A DNA stretch of 64,000 nt from Hypanus sabinus. Lineage: Eukaryota. The notes below the pieces were generated by a model that saw only the letters and a program-made list of their open reading frames with translations, had not been told where the DNA came from and did not search any database. Shown here one piece after another: positions 24,800 to 37,559 of this stretch. Position numbers and translations under genes: made by a program. Positions within the stretch are counted from its first letter, which is position 1; each line of letters begins with the position of its first letter. The DNA is taken from contig NC_082715.1 in NCBI RefSeq assembly GCF_030144855.1, forward strand, positions 106,268,001-106,332,000, in the 5' to 3' direction.

Positions 24800-27700
24800 A
24801 GGTCCTCCCAGCTTTTCTCATATGGGTGCAGTAAAACCAGTTTTCTGTCTGAGATAGGCTTTCGCTCTCGTTCCATTGTTGATTTTTGATTACACCCCAC
24901 CTCTGTCACTGCATGCACAAATGATCACCCCAACTGAGTTGTGGCCCTTATGGACACTGGCCTATAAATTCTAATGCACCCTATTAGATATGCTAAATGG
25001 TAACAATCAATTCTGACATTAACTCCCACATGATTCATTCATCAGAAATACTTAGTGTAAGTTTTCAGCATATTAATATAATTACTCAGTTTCCCAAAAA
25101 GGTATAATTCTTTCACTCAAGGCCCAGTTTGATTGGTTGTTGGCTGTTTGGACTTGAACTCTTGCAAAGTGTGGCTCCATGAAACATTTTATCTCTTGTG
25201 TGAGGTCACAAAATGTCTGACTAATCTTCCAGCATTCTGTCTTATTATTCCACTGCTTCCCTCCAGACCTACAATGGAAAAACTTGCTCTGATTCAAGTG
25301 CTGGTGAATCAAATAAGGTATGCATCAAACGGATTATTGGCATTTTGGTAGATTAAATCCATGAGAAGAAAGGTTTGAAATAGCAATGGATAAAACCTTG
25401 TTTCAGAGAGAACAGAACCAAATCAACTTCGGGGTTTCATTGAATACATACAGACTTGGTGACATTTTTTTGGATATTTGCTCTGAATGATGTTGAATTC
25501 TGAGAGGTTAGTGAACAGAGGAAGTGGAATAAGTTAGCTGGTCAGGGCAGAAATACTGGGTTAAATGCTGCAGGTTGTTTCATGACTGAATGAGGGTCTC
25601 TCACTGAAGAAGCATCAAGACCAGATATATTGTAATAACTTGATTGATAATTCAAAGTTGACCAATCTCTAACTGCTTCATCCACCGTGGAACAGAAATG
25701 TGGCTTAAAATTATCCCCAGTGTGAATGGTGTCAGTGAGAATATTACTTTTCATTACCTCAGCATTAGATTTTAAAAATATTAAAATGATGAATCTTCTG
25801 CAAGTATTAAAAAGTGAACAAATACAATAAAAACTGTTCTCCGTATCCATTCAGAGAAATCTTATCCCATTTTCCTATCGGCTTCCTAGCTATTTCTTAA
25901 ATGATCGCTACCCATTGATAAATTTTACTCACTGCAGAATATCAGCCCTATAATGTGCAATTTATTCATTTGATCCTGTGCTCTCTTGAGCAATTGAATG
26001 GTTCAGATTAAAGACATTTTCAATTTCTTTCATATTGTTTTTTTATCTTGTTCACATCTCTGTAAATCAGAAATTCAATTTGTCTGGTCTTTCAAACCTC
26101 ACTTCTCAGAACTGACTTTTGAAAGACTATAAAAATATAAGATACTGCAAACAGTCAGCTGGCATGGTGGAATAAGGACAGGGGAACAGATTTAATGTTT
26201 TAACTGCTTTTGGAAGATTAGATACCCCAAGCTTTAGAGTGTTCCATTACCTATATGGTGTATCACTTCCTGACAAAAATGTAGGATACTGGTCAAAAGA
26301 CATCTTCACCTCCCTAGTTTTCCTGGCTAATCTTTATTAGGTTATCATCATGCAAGTATTTCTAAAGCATATATTCAATCACTTGAATCAATATTTTACC
26401 TGGTGCTAGATTAATATGATGAAATTTTTGTACAGGATCTCTCCAGTATCCATCAACTCCTATAATATTCCCACAGATTCCAACCTCAATATTTCGACAT
26501 ATGTCTATTCCTCTTTTTTGGGCCCCAGTAACTGGCTAACACCATCTACCTGATTTGATTGCTTTTATTGTGCTTATAGTCTCTATTGGTGTAAGGGTCC
26601 TTTACTTTCTATTTTGTACTTTCCAGTTTTTCTGGCTACTTTTCAAAACATGTTTACAAACTCTTCTATTACCTCAGTGATAGAAACGAATATTTTGTAT
26701 TGCATGATATAAACTGCACTCTTGTTATAGCAGCTGCCTTTCTGTCATTGTAGGACATTGAAGAAGTCAGTAAACTTGAGGTTCACCTGTTGAGGCTGTG
26801 GAATATGACCTAAAGACAAGACAAGAACTGGTTATGTTAAATGATGAGACAGGTAAGGAGCACGGATGCTAGTACAAGATTTACAGCTATTTTCCTTTGC
26901 TTCGCTGATCTCCCAAATTGCCTGGGAAATGTTATTTATGTTTTTTTTCCTAATTCAAATTTTTATTATTTATTCTTATTTTACAAAGCAGCACAGCATA
27001 TCATAGAACAGATACAGTACAGCATATTTACACAGCCATCCTATGACAGGAAAACATATAAAACTAAGAAACAGAAAAAAAACTTCTAATTAACATACAA
27101 CCAAAATTGATTCCACACGTTCTTGCGTCTTTTGGCTGGTGACCTGTACCTGCTACTCAAAAGCCATGCCCATTCTTTGTCTATCTATGTGCATTTGATT
27201 TATCCAGCTCACCAAATCCCGTGAACTTGTCAGGATTCATACACCTGGAATGACAGAGCAGACTACTGATGGTGATGATAGATTAAGCTTGTCTTCTTCT
27301 TTAAACATATTTATTGTGTTACACAATCCAGTTTTTTTTATAAACAAGTTACAGTTACTCTTAAAACATAAGAAGTATGAGTCTGTTTATTCAGGGAGGT
27401 TGTGGCTGTTCCATTCTTGGCCTCAGTACTAGTTTCCCCACACCTCCCCCCTTCCCATATAGCTTGACTCTCCTGTACTTCAAACTTCTGTCAAACTCTG
27501 TAATTTTGTAATTCTATTAATTTATATTATGTAAGACAGAAGTGAGAATAATTAGAAACACTTTACTTGGGAGATTATATTGAATAAAATTGATAAATAT
27601 CACCAGAGCACCAAAAAAAAATCTGCTCAAGAATTTTCAGTTTATGCAGAATCTCTTGTGTTTAATATTACCAGAGATCAGGTAACAGAAATTTCTCCCC

Positions 27701-27834
27701 AAAATTGTGCTTTGACAGAAAGGTCAATCATTAATACATACATACTATTCATTTAACAAACACTAAATGTTAAAATCTTGGTTTTACTATTTAGCGTCTT
27801 GTTTGTTACATGCTTTTGAAAGGCACATTAGTAA

Positions 27835-28255
27835 GACCATAAGATATAGCGGCAGAATCAGGCCATTTGGCCAATCAAGTCTGCTCCACCCTTTCATTAG
27901 GGCTGATCCACTTTTCCTCTCAGCCATAACTTCCTCCCTTCTCCCAGTATCTCTTCATGCCAATCAAGACTCTATCAACCTCTGCTTTAATATAAATAAA
28001 GACCTGGCCTCCACAGCTGCCTGTGGCAAAGAATTCCCAGATTCACCACTCTCTGGTTAAAAAAATCCCTCTTCATCTTCATTCTAAAAGGATGCCCCTC
28101 TATCTGAAGCTATGGCCTCTGGTCCTAGACTCTTCCACCATAGAAACATCCTCTCCACATCCACTCTATCAAGGCCTTTCACCATTCGATAGGTTTTAAT
28201 GCGGTTACCCCTCATTCTTCTGAATTCTACTGAACACAGGCCCAGAGCTCTTCAT
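27835..28255 (-). mobile_element. CR1 LINE 3' fragment
   Basis: CR1 3' end (agaccataagatatag...) and remnants of the RT C-terminus. Confidence 0.7.
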
Positions 28256-29364
28256 ATGACAATGATTGCAGGAAAAATGTTACATGCATGCTTATGACAA
28301 TGTTCATGTTACCCAATAGTATGTAAGTACTTTATAACAAATTCTCCAAGTTTCCGTTGAAAAAAAATGGGAGCTAGTAAAAAATTAGTAAACTGAAGTT
28401 CAAAGCAAACAGAGGAGCAATCATCTTAACAAGACACCTCAAGATTCCAGGAGCTTCACAGCCTTGAAGTCTGAAGCTTCTTGGGTCCAGTCTGACAGAT
28501 TACTAAAACTCTCAAGGGAGAACTCCAAAATCATGATTTAAAAAACAGGGAGCATCTGATCCAGTCCCATAATTCACTCTACCCTACATGTCCCAACAAA
28601 TGGTAGACAATGCCGAGAGAAAATTTCCAGAGTTTAAGTTAAAGTGTTTTCATTATCCAGTTTATAGGGTAGAATGTTTATGTAGAGACCTAGGAACGTT
28701 GCAATCCAAGTTTATGGGTCAGTGGAGACATGTTAGAAATATGCATTTATTTAAATAAACACAAGTGATTCAGTAGATGCTGGAAATGTTAAGCAACAGA
28801 CACACACGTGCGCACATGCACACGCACACCACCCAAAGTGCTGCAGGAACTCAGCAGGTCAGCCAGCATCTATGGAGAGGAATAAACAGTCGATATTTTG
28901 GGCCAAGACCCTTCACCGGGACTGGATTTGGTCTGACCTTTTTCATGTCCTTTGTACAGCTAGAGCTGGTTAACTAAGTAATTTTTCTGATTTCATGTGC
29001 TTTTGACAACTAAGCAACTCACTGGGGGAATTCAGCTAATGGAAAACCATGGCCCATTTGTACAGACTATTTTTAAACCTCACCTGCGGTAACAGTGGCC
29101 AGATAAGTTCACCTCAAGCGAGTAAGTTCACACCAATCTAAGCCACTGGCAAAACCAAACTCCAGAGAACACTTCAGCATGGAGGTTTCCCAAGACTCAG
29201 TATTTCAACAGACATTAATGAAAATGAAATTCGATTTGCTTACCAGAAACTAAAGAACAAACTAGATGAGAGGAACCCAGCAGCACCAACAGCTGAATGG
29301 AGAATCTTCCCATCTTGCTTCCTCCACTAACGACTCTGAATTGGCTTTTATCACATAGAAAAGC

Positions 29365-29415
29365 AGAAATGAAACTATGTAATTTAAAGAACATTTATAT
29401 AAAAAAAAGTTCCCC
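29365..29415 (-). promoter_or_regulatory. Candidate ISRE, TATA-like and kB-like motifs 50-100 bp upstream of receptor B ATG
   Basis: AGAAATGAAACT (=AGTTTCATTTCT) at 29365-29376; TATATAAA at ~29394-29401; GGGGAACTTT on minus strand at ~29406-29415. Confidence 0.4.
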
Positions 29416-30758
29416 TTGGTAGTTGGGATTTATTCCAGCAAAACCGCTTCCTACCTCTCCGTAGTTCTGGACAGAGAACCAAAAACGTACGGCACTTAAG
29501 GAGTCAGCCGTTTGCCATGGTATATTTGTTCTCCTACAGTGGAGAAGGCTGATAGAGATTTAAAGAATTATGATGGCGATAGATAGGGTAGATGGTGAGA
29601 ATGCTTTCTATCAAGGTAGGAGTGTGTAAAATAAGAAATCATGGGTGAGAGGCTGGAGGCTTATAGGAGATACAAAGGGAATGTTTTTTCACAGAGTAGT
29701 TGGACTTAAGGATGCATTGCCTGAGGAGATGGCAGATGCAGGTACAATGTTTATGTAGCTTTCAGGTGAGCATTCAAATTGTCAAGACAAAGAAGACTAC
29801 AGACAAATGAAGGTCAGTAAGTACAATGGTCTACAGGAGCATGTTGGGTCAAAGGACTATGAGTCTATAAGAACATAAGAAATAGGAGCAGGAGTAGGCT
29901 ATCCAGCCCATCGAGCCTGCCCCGCCATTCAATAAAATCATGGCTGATCGACCATGGACTCATCTCCACCTGCCTGCCTTTTCCCCATAACTCTTAATTC
30001 CCCTATTATGCAAAAATCCATCCAAACTTGTCTTAAATATATTTACTGAGGTAGCCTCCACTGCTTCATTGGGCAGAAAATTCCACAGATTCACCATTCT
30101 CTGGGAAAAGCAGTTCCTCCTCATCTCCATCCTAAATCTACTCCCCCGAATCTTGAGGCTATGTCCCCTAGTTCTAATCTCACCTACCCGTGGAAAGAAC
30201 TTTCCTGCCTCTATCTTATCTACACCTTTCATAATTTTATATGTTTCTATAAGATCCCCTCTCATTCTTCTGAATTCCAGTGAGTACAGTCCCAGGCGAC
30301 TCAGTCTCTCCTCACAGTTTAACCTCCTCACCTCTGGAGTCAACCAGGTGAATCTCCTCTGCACTGCCTCCAAAACCAGTATATCCTTCCTCAAGTATGG
30401 AGACCAGAACTGCACACAGTACTCCAGGTGCAGCCTCACCAGTGCCCTGTATAGTTGCAGCATAACCCCCCTGCTCTCAAATTCAATCCCTCTAGCAATG
30501 AAGGCCAACATTTCATTTGCATGAACAAGCACTCCCAAGTTCTTCTGCACAGCAGCATGCTGCAATCTTCTACCATTTAAATAATAATATGATCTTACAT
30601 TTTTCCCTCCAAAGTGGAAAACCTTACATTTACCAACATTGTACTCCAATTGCCAGACCCTTGCCCACTCACATAACTTATCTACTTCTCTCTGCAGATG
30701 ATCCATATCCTCTGCACAATTTGCTTCTCCACTCAATCTAGTGTCATCAGCAAACTTA

Positions 30759-31702
30759 GGCTATGTCCACACTAGACCAGATAAATCTGTAACCGAAGCT
30801 TTTTCTCTTCGTTTTGACCCTCTGTCCACACTGAAATGGTGTTTTCCTCCCCCAAAAATGGAGTTTTTCTAAAACACCCTCCAGAGTATGTAAATTTTTA
30901 AAACGCTGATTGGGCAGAGTAGTGTGGACAGGGTAACCGGAGATTTTTAAAAACACTGTCATGACGTGTCGGAACAGATGGTGGTGGCAGCACAGAAATC
31001 CATTGTTTTCCTGAATGCAACCCCCCACACAACCTAACAATTTCAGAACAGACGTCAACGAGACTGAAGCCAGAAGAGTTAGAAATGTACTCAACAAATA
31101 CTTTGTCCCATAACTTACTGAATAAATAAGTATATTCACTTTGCCCTGTTTTCTGTCCTTGCTCGTATGAAGGTGGTTTACCATTTATGCAAGTACTACT
31201 CTGACAATAGATGTGTAACAGCCTAATGTAACATTGTATGGAAATACAAGATAACACTGATGCAGACATGTTTTATGCATATAACAAGGTGCTTTATTAA
31301 TGCACAGAGTTAGTCAGTTTTTCAATGTTTGTCATCGGCCAGGTCAATCTGTCCGTGAACTCCCTGTCAGTTGCCTCCATACGCTCCAGTGTTTGTTTGT
31401 TTTTTAGTTTTAAGTCCTCCTGCGCAAGACCCAACAGCTGTCTGTCGTTTGGCAATTTCCTTTTAAGTTTTTCTAGTCTGTAACTGAACAAACGCGCACC
31501 ATGTCTCGCAGCGAGATTCAACACCAAACATATTGCCTGCTTTCTGTAGATGTGTCCTGCGCATGCCCAGTAGAAAGAGATTCACCCAAATACCTGTTTT
31601 AATGTGGATGGAGGTATCTTCAAAAACGTTTGATGTGGACACCTATTGTTTTTACGCGAAACCAGCATTTTCAAAATTATCCGGTCTACTGTGGACATCT
31701 CA
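30759..31702. mobile_element. Non-autonomous PIF/Harbinger DNA transposon
   Basis: TTA TSD (30756-58, 31703-05); TIR GGCTATGTCCACACTAGACC matched by GGTCTACTGTGGACATCTCA; CR1 reading resumes exactly across it. Confidence 0.75.
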
Positions 31703-32164
31703 TTAGATACATTACACTCAGTCCCCTCTTCCAGATTGTTAATGTATATTGCAAACAGTTTGGAGCCCAGCACTGACCCCTGTGGCACACTGCTCACCAC
31801 TGATTGCCAACCAGAGAAACACCCATGTACCCCAACTCTCTATTTACTATTAGTTAACCAATCCTCTATCCATGCTAATACATCACCCCCAACTCTATGC
31901 ATCCATAATCTTATGGATAAGCCTTTTATGTGGCACCTTATCAAAAGCCTTCTGGAAATCCAAGTAAATAGTGTCCACCTGTTCCCCTCTATCCACTACA
32001 CTCTCTATATCCTTAAAGAACCCTGGTAATGGACCTGCCTTTGCTGAGTCCATTCTTCATCTGCCTGACGGATCCATTTCTTTCCAGATGTCTCACTATT
32101 GCTTTTTTAATGATAGATTCAAGCAATTTTCCAACTACAGATGTTAAACCAACTGACTTGCCTT

Positions 32165-32597
32165 ATGGCATGAACATTGACTTCTCTAACTTCCGTTAAT
32201 GCCCCTCCTCCTCTTCTTACCCCATCCCTGACATATTTAGTTGTTTGCCTGTTCTCCATCTCCCTCTGGTGCTCCCCCCAACCTCCTTTCTTTCTCCTGA
32301 GGCCTCCCATCCCATGATCCTTTCCCTTCTCCAGCTCTGTATCACTTTCGCCAATCACCTTTCCAGCTCTTAGCTTCATCCCACCCCCTCCGGTCTTCTC
32401 CTATCATTTCGCATTTCCCCCTCCCCCACTACTTTCAAATCTCTTACTTTCCTTTCGGTTAGTCCTGATGAAGGATCTCGGCCCGAAACGTCAACAGCAC
32501 TTCTCCCTATAGATGCTGCCTGGCCTGCTGTGTTCTACCAGCATTTTGTGTGTGTTGTTGTTTAAATTTCCAGCATCTACAGATTTCCTCGTGTTTG
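32165..32597 (+). mobile_element. Penelope-like element 3' end with hammerhead motif
   Basis: GMNIDFSNFR* GIY-YIG end, pyrimidine-rich UTR, AGTC-CTGATGA-AGGATCTCGGCCC-GAAA-CGTC. Confidence 0.8.
32461..32497 (+). ncRNA. Minimal type-I hammerhead ribozyme motif (Penelope-associated)
   Basis: Core CUGAUGA...GAAA with GUC triplet intact; stems I and II partly mismatched in this copy. Confidence 0.55.
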
Positions 32598-34483
32598 ACC
32601 TGCCTTTTGCCTACATCTTTTTTTTGAACAGTGGCGTGACATTCACCTTCTTCCAATCCATCAGGACTCCAGAGAATTTTTTTGGTGAATTATCACCAAA
32701 GCCTCAACTATAACCTCTGCCATTTCTTTCAGTACCCTGGGATGCATTCCATAAGCACCAGGGGACTTATCTATCTTTAGGCCCACAAATTTGCTCAGTA
32801 CTACTGCTTTAGTGATAGCTATTGTATCGAGGTCCTCACCTCCCATCACATCCATATCATCTCTCTTCAGCATGTTAGACGTGTCCTCCACTGTATAGAC
32901 CGACACAAAATAGCCACCCAAAGCCTCAATCAATTTCCCCATTCTCGTCCTCCAAGACGATTGTAGAGCAAATGTTCTCAAGTTACCGTATCCTAATTTT
33001 ACTCATGACTTTAGACTAGTGGAGTATAGGAAGGATGTGACAGCTCTAGAGAGGCCGCAGGGGAGAATCAGCAGAATATTGCCTGGAATAGAGGTTCCAG
33101 TTATGAGGAGAGATTGGAGAAGCTAGGGCTGCTTTCCTTGAAGCAGAGGGGTCATAATTGAAAGATATAAATGATAGGGTGCATAAACACAAAATCTAGA
33201 ACTTGGAAAATACAGCACAGGAACATGCCTTTCAGCCCACAATATCTGTGCTGACCTGGTGGCAAATTCAAAGAGTCTTATCTGCCTGCACGTGATCCAT
33301 ATCTCTCCTTTGTTTGCATGTTGCTGTGCCTATCTAGTGGCTTCTTAAACTCCACCCCTAGCAATGTGCTTTGGGCATCCACACTCTGTGTAAATAACTT
33401 GCCCCATACACCCTTTTTTAAACTTTCCCACTCTCACCTTAAAGCCACACCCTCTATAATTAGACCCTGGGGAAAAAGTCTCTGACTATCTACCCCAACT
33501 ATGTTTCTCATTACTTTACAAGCTTATAAAATTCATGAGAAAACAATCCGAGTTAGTCCAACCTCTCTGCAGGAAACTTTCCCCTTAATCAGAGGGAGAC
33601 ATAACTAGAGGGCATAGATAAGAGGGAAGAAACTCGGAGGGGATATGAGGGAGACTTTCTTCACCCAGAGAATGATGAATGCCTGAAACGTACTGCTGGT
33701 GGGACTTGCTGGCACTCGAATTGCTTATCCATAGCAAAGTACGGACCAAGTGCTGGGAGATGGCTTTAGTGTGGATGGGTTCCCATTGGCTGGCTTGAAT
33801 GTGATGGGCAGAGTGGTCAATTTCCGTGCAATACATCTCCATAGATCTATTCAAAATAAAAGCTTCACAAATTCAGATCAAACGACTCCATTCTCAACAG
33901 AACAGAGTACAAGCCTGGTTTATACAACCAATCTTTTTGATCCATCTATACGATTAAGTATCATTTCCATCCATTGATTTTCACCATTCTGTTGGTTCTT
34001 TTCTATCATTTGTATGTGCACATCAGCTGCCCACTTCCAGAACCAGACACATAGTTTTATACCACGTTGTTCCCAAGTGTTAAAGATAAGATCAGCTTAG
34101 AATTGTGTAAGTGCTCGGTCAATTCAGACAATTTCTGAATCTAAATGGCTTGGCAGATTAGATTTAAAGCATTTGTAATCTTTTCTTATTTTTAATACTA
34201 AGCTGCAGTACATGTTAATGGTCAATGTTGATTATATGATTCAAATCAATCCTCTTGGGTGTTTAACTAACAGTAGCTGATGGAGTCAAAAGTTGCCAGA
34301 AATTGAATACAGTGGTTTTGTCGATGAGTATAATTCTCCCAATTAGTTTAAATTCTTGCCTCTCTGCACGGTTCTTTCGGCTGAACTGAAGTGAGTGGGC
34401 CTGTGAGGATGCACTTGTCTGGACTGCAGCATTGCTAAGAGTCTCCAAGTGTCCTAAGGGTTCCCAGCTTAGTTCAGAAAAGT

Positions 34484-34680
34484 TTCTGAGAATATGGTCA
34501 CTGGGTTTTAATTCTGGATTTCCCCAAGCAAAGCACCATTGAGGAAGTGGTTCTCAAATGGTAACTTGCTGACAGCATTTATAGATTGCAGCGTGCAACT
34601 TCCGTTCTGTGCTCCAGTGTATGGTTTATGGTTAGGGTTCAAGTTGGTTTATTGAAAGACAAGATTGCCACCTATTGGTA
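34484..34680. promoter_or_regulatory. Candidate immune enhancer (GAS, NF-kB, ETS/PU.1) with a CTCF-like site
   Basis: TTCTGAGAA 34484-92, GGATTTCCCC 34516-25, GAGGAAGTG 34541-49, CCAATAGGTGGCA (minus) ~34666-78, in sequence I do not recognise as a repeat. Confidence 0.35.
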
Positions 34681-37559
34681 GGATTTGTCCCATGATCTCC
34701 AATCACATATGAGAATCAAGTCCCGCGGGATTTATTGTCAAGTATACCAGGTGCAATGTAATTGTGTAAAATGCCACCGGTGACCAGTATGCATAGTTAC
34801 TCATTATACATAAATAATACATAAACCAGAAGTACAGCAGTGGGCGCAAAACTACAGAACAGTACAGAGTACTGCAGTGCAAAAAGCACCACAATAACAG
34901 AAGGGCTAGGGGTCTGGGAATGTGGCAGTACCACTGGGAAGGGGATATGAAAGAGTTGATTGGTTCAGATGGCTGAAAGCTATGGGGAGGAAGTTGTTCT
35001 CGAGATTGGCGCACTGGTCTTTTAAACTCCTGTATCTTTTTCTAAAAGTTAGAAGACAGAAAAGTAATAATGTATTGAGGAAAATCATTATTGAGGTTTT
35101 AAAGCACCAGTAACCCATCTTTGCTCCTTGTCCTGTCGGTAGAAACGGTTCTGACAGGCTTAGAAGCTAGGCCACACGTGAAGACCAGGAGCTGGGCTTG
35201 GTTGTCAGAAGCTACTTGAGGTACATGCCATTGGGAGCATTTAATAGGTAGAGAGTGGGAGCTTGTCCCCGTTACCACCGCTGGCTATAGCAACCTTAAG
35301 GAACTGATAGTGGTAGCCTATTCAAAGAAAACAGTTATAGAGATAAAGTAGTCTGCACACCACTGCTTTGCTGAACATCAGGAAGTGCCCTAGTGCTGAA
35401 CATCTAATGAAGAACAGTCAAAGCATGGCAGCCAAATCACATACTACCCAGGGCTGCAAGAGCAAGGCGATAAAATTATATCAACTGCTGCAGAGATGTA
35501 AATCAAAAGAATCAACTTTAACCAGGTAACCTACCTTTGGCTCCTCCTCATGAAGAAGTTTCTAGGAAACATTAAGGATGAAGGAGATGTAGAGAATTCA
35601 ATTACTCAAACTAGAAATCTCTCATCATCTATAGTTCTGAACAAAGGACAATACAACACTAAACATGCCCACCTTGCTACCAATTTATTTAAAATCTCCT
35701 GAATATTGTCCATATTCATCTATTCTCTTCATTTTCATGTGTCTCTCTAAAAGCCTGATTCTACTACTACCCCAGAAAACTGTTACAGGTGCCAACTACT
35801 CCACCTGAAAAAACTTACCCCTCAAATTGTTTTTAAATTTTCCCTCTCTAATCTTAAAAGCATATTCTCTGGGTTTTTGACATTTCTGCACTGAGGGAAA
35901 AGATTCTGACTCTCATAATTTTGAAAACCTCTATCAGGTCTTTGCTCAGCCTCGAATACTCTAGGGAGAACAAATCAAGTTTGTCTAGACCTTCCTTGTA
36001 TCTCATGCACTGTAATCCATGCAACATCCTTGTAAACCTCTTCTGTACCATCTCCATAAACTCTATGTCCTTCCTATAATGGGCAAGCAGAACAGAACAA
36101 GATGCTCCACATGCAGTTTGTCTGAAGCTTTATATAGCTGTAGCATGACTTCCTTACCCTTACACTCAATACCTTGTTTGCAGCTCGTTCAATATCGTCA
36201 CTCTTGTGTAAAAAGCTTTCCCTCAGGTCCATTTCCCTTCTCTCCAGAAACCTATGATTCCCTTTCTCTGGGAAAAAGACTGTGCATTCACCCTATGTAT
36301 GCCCCTCCGGGTTTTAGACATCTTGATCAGATCACCACTCAATTTCCTACACTCCAAGGAATCAAGTCCAACCTCCCTTTAAAAGATTCACTGAAATCTT
36401 TCCAGCTTAATGGCACCTTTCCTATAGCAGGGTGACCAGAACCGAACACCATACTCCTGGTGCAGCCCGGCCAACATCTTATCATTTCAGTCATTTGCCC
36501 TACAAACAATAATAACAACATCTCAAAGTTGAGTTTATTGTCATCTGCACAAATACAGTACATGTGTGCATGTGTAATGAAAAGCTTACCAACAGCAGCA
36601 TCACAGAAACAGCATCATATAAGTAGCATTCACAAGAAAAGTTATATAAAACTTTTACAAGAAAGTATACAGAAGAAGAAACATTTTGAAAGACAGTTGG
36701 AAGACATTTAAGAGTGCATGGGTAGGACAGGTTTCGAGGGATATGTGCCAAATGCCGGCAAAAAGGACTAGCTTGGATGGGAATCTTAGTCAGCAAGATC
36801 TCTTTTATATCCTCCTCTATCATGTTGAAACAACTGAATCCTGTAATGTTGTCGTGACCTGGCACATGGAGTGTTATATTATCCTGCCCTTATTGTTTTG
36901 AAATAAGCCCAGCATGCAGATTAACCTACTTCTGCATATCCTTTCTTTCAGACTTATTTATAGTGGGGAGCAGTCTGCACAGGAGCTGGCCCTTCAGCCC
37001 ATCCTTTTCTGACACACCAATTGAATGCCAAACTAAACTACTCCCTTATGCCTTCACAAGGTCCATATTCCCTCATTTTCTGCAAATTAACAAATTTCAT
37101 GACACATGCCAGTGATAATAAACCTGATTTTGATTCTGCAATCCATGCACCTATCTTAGAGCCTCGGTCATATTTACCTCCCACTACCAACTGGCAGCAT
37201 ATTCCAGGTATTCACCCTCTCTGTGTAAAAAAAAAACTTGCCCCACATATCTCCTTAGAACTAACTCCCTCTCACCTTAAATACATACCCTGCAGTATGG
37301 GAAAAAGTTACCAACTTTCTACTCTGTCTATGCCCCCTTCAAAATCTTATAAACTTCTATCAGGTCTGTCCTCAGTCACTAGTGGTCCAGAGAAAACAAC
37401 TCAAGTTGCTCAAACTCTGCTTGTAGCACAAGCCAGAGAGTATCCTGAGAAACCTCTTCTGTCCCCCCTCCAAATCCTCCACATCCCTCCTGTGATGGAG
37501 TGACCAGAATTGAATCAGAGTTTTGTAAAGCTCTAACACAACCTTCGGACCCTTGAACT

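Larger units (their letters stand above)
22877..29313 (-). pseudogene. Second class II cytokine receptor (IL22RA2/IL20RA-like ectodomain), probable pseudogene; exons 29313-29244, 26809-26692, 25268-25090, 23007-22877
   Basis: Signal exon MGRFSIQLLVLLGSSHLVCSLVS|gtaagc. D1a HIPQPQQVNLKFTDFFNVLQ*QKG...YIMQYK has TGA at the conserved Trp (26747-26745). D1b SGGKQWNNKTECWKISQTFCDLTQE...EPHFARVQ...PFWET. D2b KTKLYTV...ATYC...KEIC is frameshifted. Expected donors read AT (26691-26690) and CT (25089-25088) instead of GT. Confidence 0.82.
29865..32960 (-). mobile_element. CR1 LINE interrupted by Harbinger and Penelope insertions
   Basis: 258-aa RT C-terminal ORF 29960-30736; [10 protein letters not shown] and KSPGAYGMHPRVLKE fragments are collinear across the insertions. 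Confidence 0.9.

Noticed and set aside
25542-25850. 102-aa minus-strand ORF as a cytoplasmic exon of a third receptor
   Set aside because: Lies inside intron 2 of receptor B, with no recognisable motif or supporting exons
26745-26747. In-frame TGA as selenocysteine or programmed readthrough
   Set aside because: It replaces a conserved Trp by a single G->A change and co-occurs with dead splice donors and frameshifts
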